Translations under genes and position numbers: made by a program
In this document: positions 1 to 9,138 of the stretch, piece after piece
How the letters are laid out: every line of letters starts with the position of its first letter
Numbering within the stretch: position 1 is the stretch's first letter
Notes under the pieces: generated by a model
Told to the model about the DNA's origin: nothing
Database searches by the model: none
What the model saw: the letters and a program-made list of their open reading frames with translations, nothing else
Virus record (IMG/VR): IMGVR_UViG_3300031576_000008
Span: 41,994-105,993 of that record
Reading direction: 5' to 3' (one strand)
Source: a virus
DNA length: 64,000 nucleotides

Positions 1-64
1 CCATCTTCTGGATGCCGGGCGACTTCGACTCACGGTTGCCTGCGACATTGATGGTCTTGATGCG

Positions 65-406
65 GTGGGACTCGACCCATGTCTTGATGCGGGCAGGAGC
101 CGCTTCAGCGTCCTTGGTCAGGTCGATCCACAGAGACGGCTTCTTACGCTCTTCACAAAGACGCATGGTGAGAAGGCTGCCGCGCTCCAGTACGCCGAAA
201 GTGAACACGACCGTGCCATCCGACTCGGCCACATTCCTGCGCGTCCGAGGAGGATAGTCGACCGAGTCCATCTCGGTGAGCTGATAGCGATCTGGGATTG
301 GTCCCGTTTCCGAGCGCCGGCCGCTTGGACACCAACCTCCATGAGGTACGCCAGCATCGATGGCGGCATCAAGACCGCCTTGATCCGCCCCGGTCTGGCC
401 GCCTGA
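65..406 (+). CDS. hypothetical protein
   Basis: 113-aa ORF converging on 421..1089; start uncertain near the window edge. Confidence 0.35.
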   Translation: MGLDPCLDAGRSRFSVLGQVDPQRRLLTLFTKTHGEKAAALQYAESEHDRAIRLGHIPARPRRIVDRVHLGELIAIWDWSRFRAPAAWTPTSMRYASIDGGIKTALIRPGLAA

Positions 407-420
407 GATGATCTTCTCGA

Positions 421-1089
421 TCATGGCGATGGTGCCTCTGGCGGCTGCCCATGCTTGGGCTTTGAGTAGAAGTGACCCAAGAACTGGGCATAGCTCTCGG
501 AATCGATTTTCTTGGCCATATCGATCAAGCTAGCGTAGGGCTCCGAGACAAAGAGATGGATCTTGGACTGCGGGGCGATCATCGAGTTCTTGTAATGATC
601 CACGACGAGCACCGAAAGAATGAGCAACTCGGGCGGTATGAGATCGGCGTGGCGCAAGCCCTTGATCGCCAGATGATCGAGGCAGAAACACGCCATCTGG
701 CGACGGTAGTCCTTGGCGACCGTTTCCGGCATGGTCGCAATCTTCTGGTTCAGCCCGTTGATGATCTCCTGAAGCTCGCCGACTTCCTCCTCATGCGCGG
801 TTCTGACGGTCCGCAGATCTTCATTCAGGTTCTGGGTCTCGAGCGTGAGCTTATCGACGGCCGCCTTCATCTCGGCTTCCTTGGCGGCGATCGTCTCCTG
901 CAACTTCTGCGCCTCAGACTGCATCTTCTCCAACGCCTCGCGGGTCGCAAGCGCCGCGCCAGACAGCTCACGAAGCTTGTTGACGTGGGCGGGGCAGAAG
1001 CATCGCTCCTCTTCGATCAGTCGCTTGATGAGAGTCGAGGTGAGTTTCGTGTACTCGCGCGGGCCATCGTCTTTGGTTTTCTTGGCCAT
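421..1089 (-). CDS. coiled-coil hypothetical protein
   Basis: 222 aa; GGAG RBS; E/K/Q/L-rich central heptad segment. Confidence 0.7.
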   Translation of the reverse strand: MAKKTKDDGPREYTKLTSTLIKRLIEEERCFCPAHVNKLRELSGAALATREALEKMQSEAQKLQETIAAKEAEMKAAVDKLTLETQNLNEDLRTVRTAHEEEVGELQEIINGLNQKIATMPETVAKDYRRQMACFCLDHLAIKGLRHADLIPPELLILSVLVVDHYKNSMIAPQSKIHLFVSEPYASLIDMAKKIDSESYAQFLGHFYSKPKHGQPPEAPSP

Positions 1090-1098
1090 GGCTGGCTC

Positions 1099-1863
1099 CT
1101 AGGGGTTCGGCAGTCCATCCTTCTTGATCTGCTCCAGTAGATACTCGTCGTAGATCTTCCCGGTCGGGAGCTCCTCACAAACCAAGGTCATGCGCCGGGA
1201 GACCGTGACCTCCTTCTTCAGCTTGGGATTGAATCCTTTCTTCAGGGTGCTGGCCCAATGGATGCCGGTCCCGTTGCGCTGCCATGCCGGCAGACGCGCG
1301 AAGTTGACTCCGCGCTTGAAGAGAAGCTCGTTTTTGAAATGCGGCCCCTTGTTGAGCAGTTCCTTCGACGCGGCCGCCGCAGATTTTCCCTCGTTCCGGA
1401 GCATCCAGTAGGCCCAGCCATTGAGCGCGCAGCGTGCCGCATCCGCCTGACGCCAGCGGAAGTAATCCACGACCTGCTGATCCCCGATGCCCAGCCAGAT
1501 GCGGCTGTCGAACTCGAGGGCGCAGTGCATCTGAAGCGTCATCTGCGAGGTCGCGATCGCGGCCGAGATCGACACGAGCTTCTCGACTTCCCTGTCGAAC
1601 AGGTCGGCGTTCCGCCGCAGGAGCACCGAGATCTCGTCGCTTTCCGTGTAGGCATAGAGGCCCGAGAGCTTCTGAAGCAGGACGTTGGCCGTCTCCACCA
1701 TCATGCGATGGAAGCGGTCGTCGAAGGGCTTCTCCATCGTCTCCGTCAGCTTGCTGAAGCTGCGGCCATCCACCCGGATGACGATGTACGCGTCGTCGAT
1801 CGCACGCAGGGAATGGAAGTATTCGCCCAGACGCATCTTGGCCTCGAACAGGTCGGGATTCAT
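1099..1863 (-). CDS. Thg1-like tRNA(His) guanylyltransferase / 3'-5' polymerase
   Basis: Motifs IRVDGRSFSKLT, KPFD, YTESDEISV, FDSR, YFRWRQAD; start reassigned to ATG 1863 (AGGAG RBS), 254 aa. Confidence 0.9.
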   Translation of the reverse strand: MNPDLFEAKMRLGEYFHSLRAIDDAYIVIRVDGRSFSKLTETMEKPFDDRFHRMMVETANVLLQKLSGLYAYTESDEISVLLRRNADLFDREVEKLVSISAAIATSQMTLQMHCALEFDSRIWLGIGDQQVVDYFRWRQADAARCALNGWAYWMLRNEGKSAAAASKELLNKGPHFKNELLFKRGVNFARLPAWQRNGTGIHWASTLKKGFNPKLKKEVTVSRRMTLVCEELPTGKIYDEYLLEQIKKDGLPNP

Positions 1864-1882
1864 GGATGATCTCCTAGAGGAA

Positions 1883-1913
1883 GCCCCGGGCCCGTTGGGG
1901 GCGGGCCCGGGGC
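1883..1913 (-). terminator. GC-rich intergenic hairpin (terminator or stabiliser)
   Basis: 12-bp perfect stem GCCCCGGGCCCG/CGGGCCCGGGGC; U-tract weak. Confidence 0.5.
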
Positions 1914-1937
1914 AATTGAGAGAGGGAACTAGCTTGG

Positions 1938-3029
1938 TTAGGCCCCGGCGAGGATCTTCTCCATCGGGGTCGCGAGGACCTTCGCGCCGGCGTCCTCGTA
2001 CATGTTCTTGTCGTCGTCGGACAGGTTCTCCCCGTGGACCTGATACGTGACCGCCTGCACGAGACCATAGCGCGTGAAGTCCTTGTCCTTGATGAACTTC
2101 TCGCGGATCCTGTCGATGGCGCTCTTGGGCAGCTCCGCCAGCTCGACAACCGCCTCGACGGCCTTGACCGGATCGGTGACCTCCTCCTTTTTCGCACCAT
2201 TCAACTTGGCGATCACTTCCTCGAACTTCGCGGGATCGAAGGCCGTCCGGATGATGTCGCGGACCTTTCTCCACGTGAGATTGTCGTCCGCTTTCTTAGT
2301 GTCGTCCGACATCCAGCCCTCTTCCTCGATCTTGCGACCGAGGTGGATCTTGGTCAGGCCCTCATCCCAGACATTGAGGTTCCAGCACACGTAGCGAAGC
2401 GTCGCCGGACGCACCTTGAGCTTGCCCTTGCCCGTCTCGGAATTGCCGATCGAGATGGCGGCCACGTGCCGGTCTCCGGCTTCCCACTTGTATCCCGGGC
2501 GGTCTTCCTTGACCTCGCCGGTGATGCCCGGCGCAACGGCGTAGATCCGGAACTCATCATCGGAGAGCCGGGCCTCCCAGATCTCCGCCTTCACTTTCTC
2601 GAGCTCCTCGACCGAGACCATGAAGAGGTCGAAGTTGTCGAGCGTCTTGTAGCTGTTGGACAGGACCGCGCGCACGCGCCCGTCCAGCGTCCGCACCATC
2701 CGCTTCTGGGGGTCGGTGTGCAGGAGGTGCGTCGCGAAATGGGCGAGCTCCTCGCGGTTCTTGGGATTCGTCTCGACCCGGCTCCAGAAATCGAGCGGGA
2801 AGCGCATCGACTCCGCCAGCTGCGCGCGGCCGGTGCGCGTGAATCCGTAGACCTGCTTGTCCTTGTCCTCCACGTCGAACGTGAAGACGAGCTCGTCGTC
2901 GGCGACCTTGAGCCTCATCTTGCGGGTGTCGCCGACGTAGTCCTTCGACGTCTTCTTGCGGCGCTCGATCTCGGTCATGATCCTGCCGATGCGCTCGCGA
3001 TCGAACGTGAGTCCTGCCATGTCGACCAT
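1938..3029 (-). CDS. DUF932-like phage protein
   Basis: MVRTLDGRVRAVLSNSY, ISIGNSETGKG and RYVCWN..IHLG motifs. Confidence 0.75.
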   Translation of the reverse strand: MVDMAGLTFDRERIGRIMTEIERRKKTSKDYVGDTRKMRLKVADDELVFTFDVEDKDKQVYGFTRTGRAQLAESMRFPLDFWSRVETNPKNREELAHFATHLLHTDPQKRMVRTLDGRVRAVLSNSYKTLDNFDLFMVSVEELEKVKAEIWEARLSDDEFRIYAVAPGITGEVKEDRPGYKWEAGDRHVAAISIGNSETGKGKLKVRPATLRYVCWNLNVWDEGLTKIHLGRKIEEEGWMSDDTKKADDNLTWRKVRDIIRTAFDPAKFEEVIAKLNGAKKEEVTDPVKAVEAVVELAELPKSAIDRIREKFIKDKDFTRYGLVQAVTYQVHGENLSDDDKNMYEDAGAKVLATPMEKILAGA

Positions 3030-3068
3030 GAGTTCTCTCCAATTGGGTTGGTGGTTTCTGGGCCAGCA

Positions 3069-3725
3069 CTACGCGGCATGACGGATGCCGATCTCCCTGA
3101 GCTTGGTCTCACCCTCCTTGCCAGACTTGATGAGGAGCAGCTGCGCGATGAGCGTGTCCACCGGAGGCATGTTCAGATCCGCGTGGATCAGGCAAAACCG
3201 CTCCACGACCTTATTGCCCTGTGGACCCGCCATGACGTCGATTTTGTGACTGGGCCGCAGGCGGTAGCGGATGCCGGAGATTCCACGAACTTCGAGGAAC
3301 CCCCGCTTCTGGAAGCTCTTGTACGTCTTCTGGCCGATGACGCTCTTGAGCAGGATCAGTGCCTTGGCATTCGCTTTCGCGATGCGCTTCATGCGCTTCT
3401 TGAGCCGGCGACGTGCCATCCTCGAGCGGCGGGTAGGCGACCCAAACTGGAATGGATAAAAGCTGGATGCGACATGAGTCGAGATGATGGCATGGTACTG
3501 AATGCTCTCGATCTGCATCGGGGCGACGACATAGTCGCCGGCCGTCCCATGGTTGACCCAGAAGTTCTCGTCATGCACGTAGAGAGTGGACGCGTCCCCA
3601 CTATTGCAGACAAACTCGTGCGTGGCATACATCGTGTCCGCCATCCAGCTTGTACTTGCGTCGTAAACGTAGCGGACGGACGTGGTCTGACCTCCGAACG
3701 CCGGGAATCCCGTAAGCGCCGTCAT
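3069..3725 (-). CDS. conserved hypothetical protein, partner of the GG-terminal small protein
   Basis: Start reassigned to ATG 3725, 2 nt after the upstream stop; C-terminal GFLEVRG..YRL..FCLIH..PPVD..AQLLL. Confidence 0.65.
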   Translation of the reverse strand: MTALTGFPAFGGQTTSVRYVYDASTSWMADTMYATHEFVCNSGDASTLYVHDENFWVNHGTAGDYVVAPMQIESIQYHAIISTHVASSFYPFQFGSPTRRSRMARRRLKKRMKRIAKANAKALILLKSVIGQKTYKSFQKRGFLEVRGISGIRYRLRPSHKIDVMAGPQGNKVVERFCLIHADLNMPPVDTLIAQLLLIKSGKEGETKLREIGIRHAA

Positions 3726-3727
3726 GA

Positions 3728-4048
3728 CTAGCCTCCACGCACAGGCGGGGACATCACCAGCCGTTCCGCGAAAGGATCGAAATCGTTGATCATCTCGCCC
3801 TTCTTTCCGTCCTTGTCGAGCTTGAACGAGAGATAGCCCTCCTTCTTGAGTCGGTAGAATTCCTGCTTGGCGTCCTCGGTCTCCCACGGATTCTGCGGGT
3901 TCCACTTGACCGTGAGATCGCCGGACTTTCCCATGACCGCCATCTGGCCCATCGTCTCCTCCTTCTTTTCGGGCATCAGCTCTTCGAGGCGTGCCTTCTG
4001 GCATTCCGGGCACGTGCAGTCTTTCACAGATTTGAATTTGGCCATCAT
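3728..4048 (-). CDS. small protein ending in di-glycine (possible ubiquitin-like modifier)
   Basis: Ends FDPFAERLVMSPPVRGG-stop; strong RBS at both ATG 4048 and internal ATG 3952. Confidence 0.65.
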   Translation of the reverse strand: MMAKFKSVKDCTCPECQKARLEELMPEKKEETMGQMAVMGKSGDLTVKWNPQNPWETEDAKQEFYRLKKEGYLSFKLDKDGKKGEMINDFDPFAERLVMSPPVRGG

Positions 4049-4467
4049 GCTCCTCCTTCACGCATCGTGTTGGAAATGGCCACAGTCAGCTTGAGCTTGG
4101 GATACTGCGTCTGGATCATCTTGGCGACGGTCACGTACATCTCATTGGCGATGCCGACCATCCTCGGCTCGTCCAGAGCGTCAATGCCGTTGATGACAAG
4201 AGACGACTGCAGGAGCGCCAAGATGTACCCTTCGATCGTGATGGCGATGACCTTGAGGCGATGGCGTTTCTCGCGCGCCGACAGGCCCCGTTCCTTCTTG
4301 ATCTCGGGATAGTTGAGGGCCGCCTTGACGATCTGGTCATGCCAGAACTTGACCGTCTGCCGCGCAAGGCGTTCGCCAATCGCCTTGGTCCTCCTCTCGA
4401 ATGCCTCCTGATTCAAACCGGGCCTCCTTGAGAGATATAAAATTGTGACCGGGCTCGGCATAGCCAC
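4045..4467 (-). CDS. hypothetical protein
   Basis: ORF with ATGA overlap to the next gene. Confidence 0.55.
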   Translation of the reverse strand: MAMPSPVTILYLSRRPGLNQEAFERRTKAIGERLARQTVKFWHDQIVKAALNYPEIKKERGLSAREKRHRLKVIAITIEGYILALLQSSLVINGIDALDEPRMVGIANEMYVTVAKMIQTQYPKLKLTVAISNTMREGGA

Positions 4468-4487
4468 GCCCGGTCGGAAGTTGTGAC

Positions 4488-5357
4488 CTACTCGCGATCG
4501 ATGAGCGGCTCGATGTAGCTGGCCCGATCATGGCCGAGCACGCCAAACGGGAAGGGATCCGAGATCGGCAACCCGAAGATCTTCCGGCCCACGATGTAGT
4601 AGTGCGAGAGGAAGATCTTGATGGTCAGCCGGAGCGCCTTGGCGTGCTTGTGGGCATCGAAGCACGGGATCGGCTTCTTGGTCTTCTCATCGAGATGGAC
4701 CTTGTGGCAGGGGCGCTGCTCGACCTCCTTGCGGAAATGATCGTAAAGCTTCCGGTAGGAATCGCCCTGCTTCACGAACTGGTTGCCGATCTTCCAGACG
4801 AGAACCTTCGCGCCCGGATTGTAGCCGAGCTTCTCGCCCCGCCGGCGGCGGTCCGCCTCCCCGATGCGAAAGAGCTGGCCCTTGCACTTGGGGCATCCAT
4901 TCTCGAATTCTGGCACATCCGCGACGGGGAACTCTTCCTTGCAGGCACCGCAGTGGTAACGGGTCGTCACGACCGCCATCCCGCAGTACTTCCAGACCGA
5001 GCTGACGTGCGTCGCCCGATAGAGATCGATCCACGCCAGAAGACCGCCCGACAGGCGGGGGCCGATGCCCTTGACCTTCGAAAGCCAGCGGTCATAGATG
5101 GGGTGGTCCTTGATGATCGCAAAGGACTCCTTCTCCATCCATTTCTCGTTCTCGGCATAAGATTCGTCGGCGTGGCTGTGGTACTCCTTGAGCTCGGCTT
5201 CCGTCGTGTCGGCGATCTCGCAGTACTTCTTGATGCGATTCGAGGTGGCGATGCGGACCTTCTGGAGATCGTACATCGTCTCCACGAGGAACCGAAGCTG
5301 GCCGATCTGCTTGGGCGGCAGATTGTTGACGGCCTGCAGGATCTCATTCTCGGCCAT
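4488..5357 (-). CDS. IS110/Nop-domain protein lacking a RuvC domain (TasA-like), with Zn-ribbon insertion
   Basis: Coiled coil (YDLQKVRIATSNR), HPIY..WL..VKGIGP, SSVWKYCG, YNP..K, YRKLYD, HAKALR..KIFL; CGAC..CPKC insert; no DEDD domain; start ATG 5357 with AAGGAG RBS. Confidence 0.75.
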   Translation of the reverse strand: MAENEILQAVNNLPPKQIGQLRFLVETMYDLQKVRIATSNRIKKYCEIADTTEAELKEYHSHADESYAENEKWMEKESFAIIKDHPIYDRWLSKVKGIGPRLSGGLLAWIDLYRATHVSSVWKYCGMAVVTTRYHCGACKEEFPVADVPEFENGCPKCKGQLFRIGEADRRRRGEKLGYNPGAKVLVWKIGNQFVKQGDSYRKLYDHFRKEVEQRPCHKVHLDEKTKKPIPCFDAHKHAKALRLTIKIFLSHYYIVGRKIFGLPISDPFPFGVLGHDRASYIEPLIDRE

Positions 5358-5379
5358 GTAGAACTCCTTTGTTTGGAAA

Positions 5380-5419
5380 TGGCTGCGGGAGTATGGTTGC
5401 TGATGTGCCGTGGTGCGCG
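5380..5419 (-). ncRNA. possible single TIGR-like guide unit
   Basis: Minus strand reads CCA-cggcacatc-AGCAA-CCA-tactcccgc-AG-CCA (two 9-nt segments) directly upstream of the Tas-like gene. Confidence 0.35.
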
Positions 5420-5695
5420 CTAGAGGATCTGCCACTGACCATCCGGGCGGACGGTCATGCCATTGACGCAGGGCCACGAGATGTGGAGATCGCGGAACCA
5501 ACGGACGGCCAGACGAATGCCGCTGCAGCCGTCCATCTTGCAAATCCTCTCGCCATCGAGGACTCTGCCCTTCTGCTTCCCGTCGCGGGAATAAACAAGC
5601 TTGGCCTTGGGATTCGAGTTCACGAACATTCCCCCAAGGCCAAGCGGCTTCATGGCATCGCGGACCTCGTCGATGCGACGCCGGATGACGTGCAT
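5420..5695 (-). CDS. hypothetical protein
   Basis: 91-aa Cys-containing ORF tightly packed in the leftward cluster. Confidence 0.55.
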   Translation of the reverse strand: MHVIRRRIDEVRDAMKPLGLGGMFVNSNPKAKLVYSRDGKQKGRVLDGERICKMDGCSGIRLAVRWFRDLHISWPCVNGMTVRPDGQWQIL

Positions 5696-5696
5696 G

Positions 5697-6101
5697 CTAG
5701 GCTCCCTTCTTGCGATCCTCGGCCCTCATGGACACGGCGACCGCCTCGTAAAGCCGGAACGTGCACCGCAGGCACGACCTCTGATGGACTGCTTCCTTGG
5801 ATTTGCGGTTCCGACTCGCCCGCTCAAGACCATCGATGTCAAGGCAGCTTTCGGTCTCCTGCGATGGATGCAGATGGCGAAACCGGGGAGGCAGCTCAAT
5901 GACGGCCACCGCCTTCACCTTCTGCGAGCATTCGTCGCAGACTCTGACACGGACCGCCAGATCGATGATCCAGTCCAGCCATTCGTTGCTCACGCAACGC
6001 GGCGGTCGACAGAACGCGCGGATCGACTTGAGAACATCCGCATGATCGACATGCAAATGGGCCATGTAGTTTCGCTCCTTTCTTCGAAGTTCCCTCTCCA
6101 A
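5697..6101 (-). CDS. hypothetical Cys-rich protein
   Basis: CDEC and CLRC pairs; start may be internal ATG (MAHLHV). Confidence 0.5.
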   Translation of the reverse strand: MERELRRKERNYMAHLHVDHADVLKSIRAFCRPPRCVSNEWLDWIIDLAVRVRVCDECSQKVKAVAVIELPPRFRHLHPSQETESCLDIDGLERASRNRKSKEAVHQRSCLRCTFRLYEAVAVSMRAEDRKKGA

Positions 6102-6301
6102 AGAAAGGTTACCCGATCAGTACCCGCGAGAAGCCGGTCTTCGACGCAACCGAGAAACGGCGCGGCTTCTTGCGACGCATCATCAGCCGGATTTTCCGGA
6201 GCGCATCCCGTTCGCTCTTCGCGCGGATGCGCACCGCCTGCTCATGCAGGCCGGCAATGTAAACCATGAAGTACGGCATTCGATATCTCCTTTCTGGAGC
6301 A

Positions 6302-6676
6302 TCATGGCACTCCCCTCCTCCGGGGCCGGATCTTCCTCTGCTGGACAGGCAGGGGCGGATACGGCCATGTCATCTGTTTGTCCTTCGCCTTCTGGACAGC
6401 AGCCTTGGCGGCCTTCCTGTCGGGTGGAAGCGTAACGACGACATTCTGGGCGACCATGGCGTACTGCTTCTTCACGTGTGTCTCATACTCCATCCGCTGC
6501 TTCTTGGTCGTCGGCGGATACGGCTGCAAACGGATGGGCGGGAGCACGCGGACCTCCACGTGCTCCCGCCCCGACTGACCCCAGCAGAATCCGATGAGCG
6601 GCACGGAATTCCACCACCAATCCGTCCGCCCACAGAGACTGCAGGGTCCCACCGCCTTGTTTCTTAAGTCGCTCAT
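6302..6676 (-). CDS. hypothetical protein
   Basis: CSLC motif; ATGA overlap with the upstream gene. Confidence 0.55.
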   Translation of the reverse strand: MSDLRNKAVGPCSLCGRTDWWWNSVPLIGFCWGQSGREHVEVRVLPPIRLQPYPPTTKKQRMEYETHVKKQYAMVAQNVVVTLPPDRKAAKAAVQKAKDKQMTWPYPPLPVQQRKIRPRRRGVP

Positions 6677-6939
6677 GGACCTGTCTTCGAGGCCTCTTTC
6701 CGCTCACGGAGCTGCTCCTGCCGCTCCTTGATCTGGCGGTACTTGAGACCGTCGATCGAGATGTGGAAGAACTCCTTGTTGTCGCCGGCGTTGTCACCCT
6801 CGTCGTCGAGCATGATGACGATCGCGATCCCCTTGTACTTGATGACGGCGATGAGCAGCTCCTCGTCGGTGGGCGACTCGCTCTTCGCCTCGTTCTCGTC
6901 ATCGCAGATGATGACCTTCGCGGGGAATTTGAACGACAT
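6673..6939 (-). CDS. hypothetical protein
   Basis: 88 aa; GGAGG RBS. Confidence 0.6.
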   Translation of the reverse strand: MSFKFPAKVIICDDENEAKSESPTDEELLIAVIKYKGIAIVIMLDDEGDNAGDNKEFFHISIDGLKYRQIKERQEQLRERKEASKTGP

Positions 6940-6954
6940 GATTGCCTCCGGTGG

Positions 6955-7221
6955 TTAGTAGTAGCCCCCGAGTTCCGGGGTCGGAACCGAGGAGAATCGC
7001 GCCCGTGTGACAAGCGAGCTGACACGGTCCCATTCGGAATCCGTGATCACTTCCTCATCACAAAGCGCCGCCCCCGTCCACTTCACGTACTTGCGGATCG
7101 TCTCGTAGAGATGATCGTTGGACGGGTTCCGCCGCAGCATGCTCGTGGCATTGGTCAGCACGCGGTAGAACTTGAGCCGCTTCAGGGCGCGCCTGATCGG
7201 ATTCTTTTCAGGCTCCATCAT
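6955..7221 (-). CDS. hypothetical protein
   Basis: 88 aa; AGGAG RBS. Confidence 0.55.
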   Translation of the reverse strand: MMEPEKNPIRRALKRLKFYRVLTNATSMLRRNPSNDHLYETIRKYVKWTGAALCDEEVITDSEWDRVSSLVTRARFSSVPTPELGGYY

Positions 7222-7231
7222 GGCATGACTC

Positions 7232-7999
7232 CTAGATCAGCGCGGCGGGGAACCTCGTCGCGATCGCGCCAACCAACATCCCGTTCTGCGCCTCGAAATT
7301 CTTGATCTCGCGGCGGACGACCAGCCGGTCGTGCTCGCTCTGGGCGATGATGGTCCCGGAGATGTCGGCGGAGATGAGGCGGTCGAGGAAGTCGCTGAAC
7401 TCGCTGCAGACGCCCACCTCAACCGCGAACCGGCGCTGATTGTCGTCCTGACGGTCCTCTTCGCAGAGCTTGTCCTCTTCGAACACCTCGTCGGCGATCT
7501 GCTTGACAAGGTGCAGCTTGGCGAGCTGGTGCACGAGGACGACCGTGTCGGCCATCATGTCGATCTTGATCTGGAAGGTCACCGAGTCTTCGAAATCGTT
7601 GTCTCCGATGTCGGCGACCTCCTCGGGTTCCGGTCTGGCGTCCGGCACGCGCATGACATCGGGATCATTTTCCTCAGCCTCCTCGATGCCGAGCGCATCG
7701 AGCTCCTCGTCGTTCGCGTACATCTCATCGGATCCGACGCGGCACGGGGCGACGTCGAGCTTCCTGAGCTCGTGCGAGGCGCGCATCATGAGGTCGTACT
7801 CGATGCGGGTCTCGTCGGTGGACCGGCCTTCCTTGATGATCTTCATGAGCTCCCAGACCCGCTTCTCGATGATCGCGAGATAGCCCGACAGTCCGATCTC
7901 GCCATCCCAGCCCTGCTCCGCCGCGATCTCCTTGACCCGCGTCATGAGCTTGTTCGCCTTCTCCTCGTTCTTCAGGAAGGCCGCTGCGCTGGCGTTCAT
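7232..7999 (-). CDS. acidic hypothetical protein
   Basis: Start reassigned to ATG 7999 (AAGGAG RBS). Confidence 0.65.
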   Translation of the reverse strand: MNASAAAFLKNEEKANKLMTRVKEIAAEQGWDGEIGLSGYLAIIEKRVWELMKIIKEGRSTDETRIEYDLMMRASHELRKLDVAPCRVGSDEMYANDEELDALGIEEAEENDPDVMRVPDARPEPEEVADIGDNDFEDSVTFQIKIDMMADTVVLVHQLAKLHLVKQIADEVFEEDKLCEEDRQDDNQRRFAVEVGVCSEFSDFLDRLISADISGTIIAQSEHDRLVVRREIKNFEAQNGMLVGAIATRFPAALI

Positions 8000-8229
8000 C
8001 TTGATTTCTCCTTTTTGATGTTCTTGAAAAGGGGCCGCACTTCCAGCGGGAGGAAGTAGAACCAAAGGGGTCTCCCATTCACGTACTGATAGGGATGCAG
8101 ATAAGCGGCCATGGCCGCCTCTATCGCCATTTTCTGGAGCGCCCTCTGGTAGGCTTCCTCGTATTCAGGCATCAGTTCATGGCGCGGCTTCTTGCACTTA
8201 GATCTCACAAGAACAGCCATCACGGCCTC

Positions 8230-8607
8230 CTAGACGCCGATCTCGCGTCCGATCTCTTCTTCCCTCCAAAGCGATTCTTCGACCGTCTCTCCATTGGGTC
8301 CCTTGAGCGCAAGGAAGAAACAGGGTCCGCTGGACCATGGCTCCTCCTGCACGAACTCCACGTAGATCCGCCCGTCCGGCAGGATGTAGCGATGCAGGTC
8401 GTACTCGATGTCGAACATGCCGTAGAACTTCTCCCCGGACAACTCACACTTCACCGGGCTGCCATTCACCGGCCGAGGCCCGATGGTTTCCTGACTGCCG
8501 TCCGGATAGATGCGGGTGATCGTCTCGGTGTAGAACAGCTCTTCCTTGGCTTCCAGCAGCTTCTTGGCACGCTCGCAAAGGCCGATGATCTGGTCAGACC
8601 GGCTCAT
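8230..8607 (-). CDS. hypothetical protein
   Basis: Start ATG 8607 (MSRSDQ) with GAAGGAG RBS; EPWSSGPCFFLAL motif. Confidence 0.6.
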   Translation of the reverse strand: MSRSDQIIGLCERAKKLLEAKEELFYTETITRIYPDGSQETIGPRPVNGSPVKCELSGEKFYGMFDIEYDLHRYILPDGRIYVEFVQEEPWSSGPCFFLALKGPNGETVEESLWREEEIGREIGV

Positions 8608-8611
8608 GTGC

Positions 8612-8761
8612 TCACTCCTTCTCCGGCGCGGGCTCTTCACGCTTCCTGCTGAAGAGCGAGAGAATCCACGCCCCAATGAACTTCCTGAATCGGACGACGA
8701 ATCCGATGCCAGCCACCGAACTGGTGGCCACCGTGACGACGCAGTGCGGTCAGAGAGCCAT
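8612..8761 (-). CDS. 49-aa membrane peptide with in-frame UGA in a UxxC motif (candidate selenoprotein)
   Basis: GGAGGGGG RBS; ATG GCT CTC TGA CCG CAC TGC = M-A-L-U-P-H-C, then a hydrophobic stretch; fills the gap between two genes; hairpin GCCACC-AGUUC-GGUGGC with loop 27 nt after the UGA. Confidence 0.5.
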
Positions 8762-8775
8762 GATTCCCCCTCCAA

Positions 8776-9138
8776 TTACGGCGTGATCTTCTCGAAGTAC
8801 TTCGAGATCCAGATGACCATGTGCTCGTGGTCCTTCTCGATGATCCGGATCCCTTCCGTCTTCTGAAGGTCCTTGCGCAGGATGTTGAGACGCTCGATCA
8901 TGTCGCCATCGATCACGCGCCCCACGAGGATCGAGAAGTTGATCTGGATGCGCTTGGGGCCGTCCTTGCTCTCGGTGTCGGGAGCCGCCCCGATGGTGAT
9001 CATGTGCTCCGGCAGATGCAGGACGCCGGCGATCTTCTTCACGCATCCGTAGAGCGACGTCGGGTCGTCCGTGAACTTCTTGGCGAGCGGGATCTCCTTG
9101 CAGATCTTCTGTTCGAGCATCAGGTCCGTCTCGTTCAT
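8776..9138 (-). CDS. hypothetical protein
   Basis: 120 aa; AAGGAG RBS. Confidence 0.65.
   Translation of the reverse strand: MNETDLMLEQKICKEIPLAKKFTDDPTSLYGCVKKIAGVLHLPEHMITIGAAPDTESKDGPKRIQINFSILVGRVIDGDMIERLNILRKDLQKTEGIRIIEKDHEHMVIWISKYFEKITP

Noticed and set aside
4488-5357. Active IS110 insertion sequence
   Set aside because: No DEDD RuvC domain, no room for a bridge-RNA non-coding end, and the gene is embedded in an operon.
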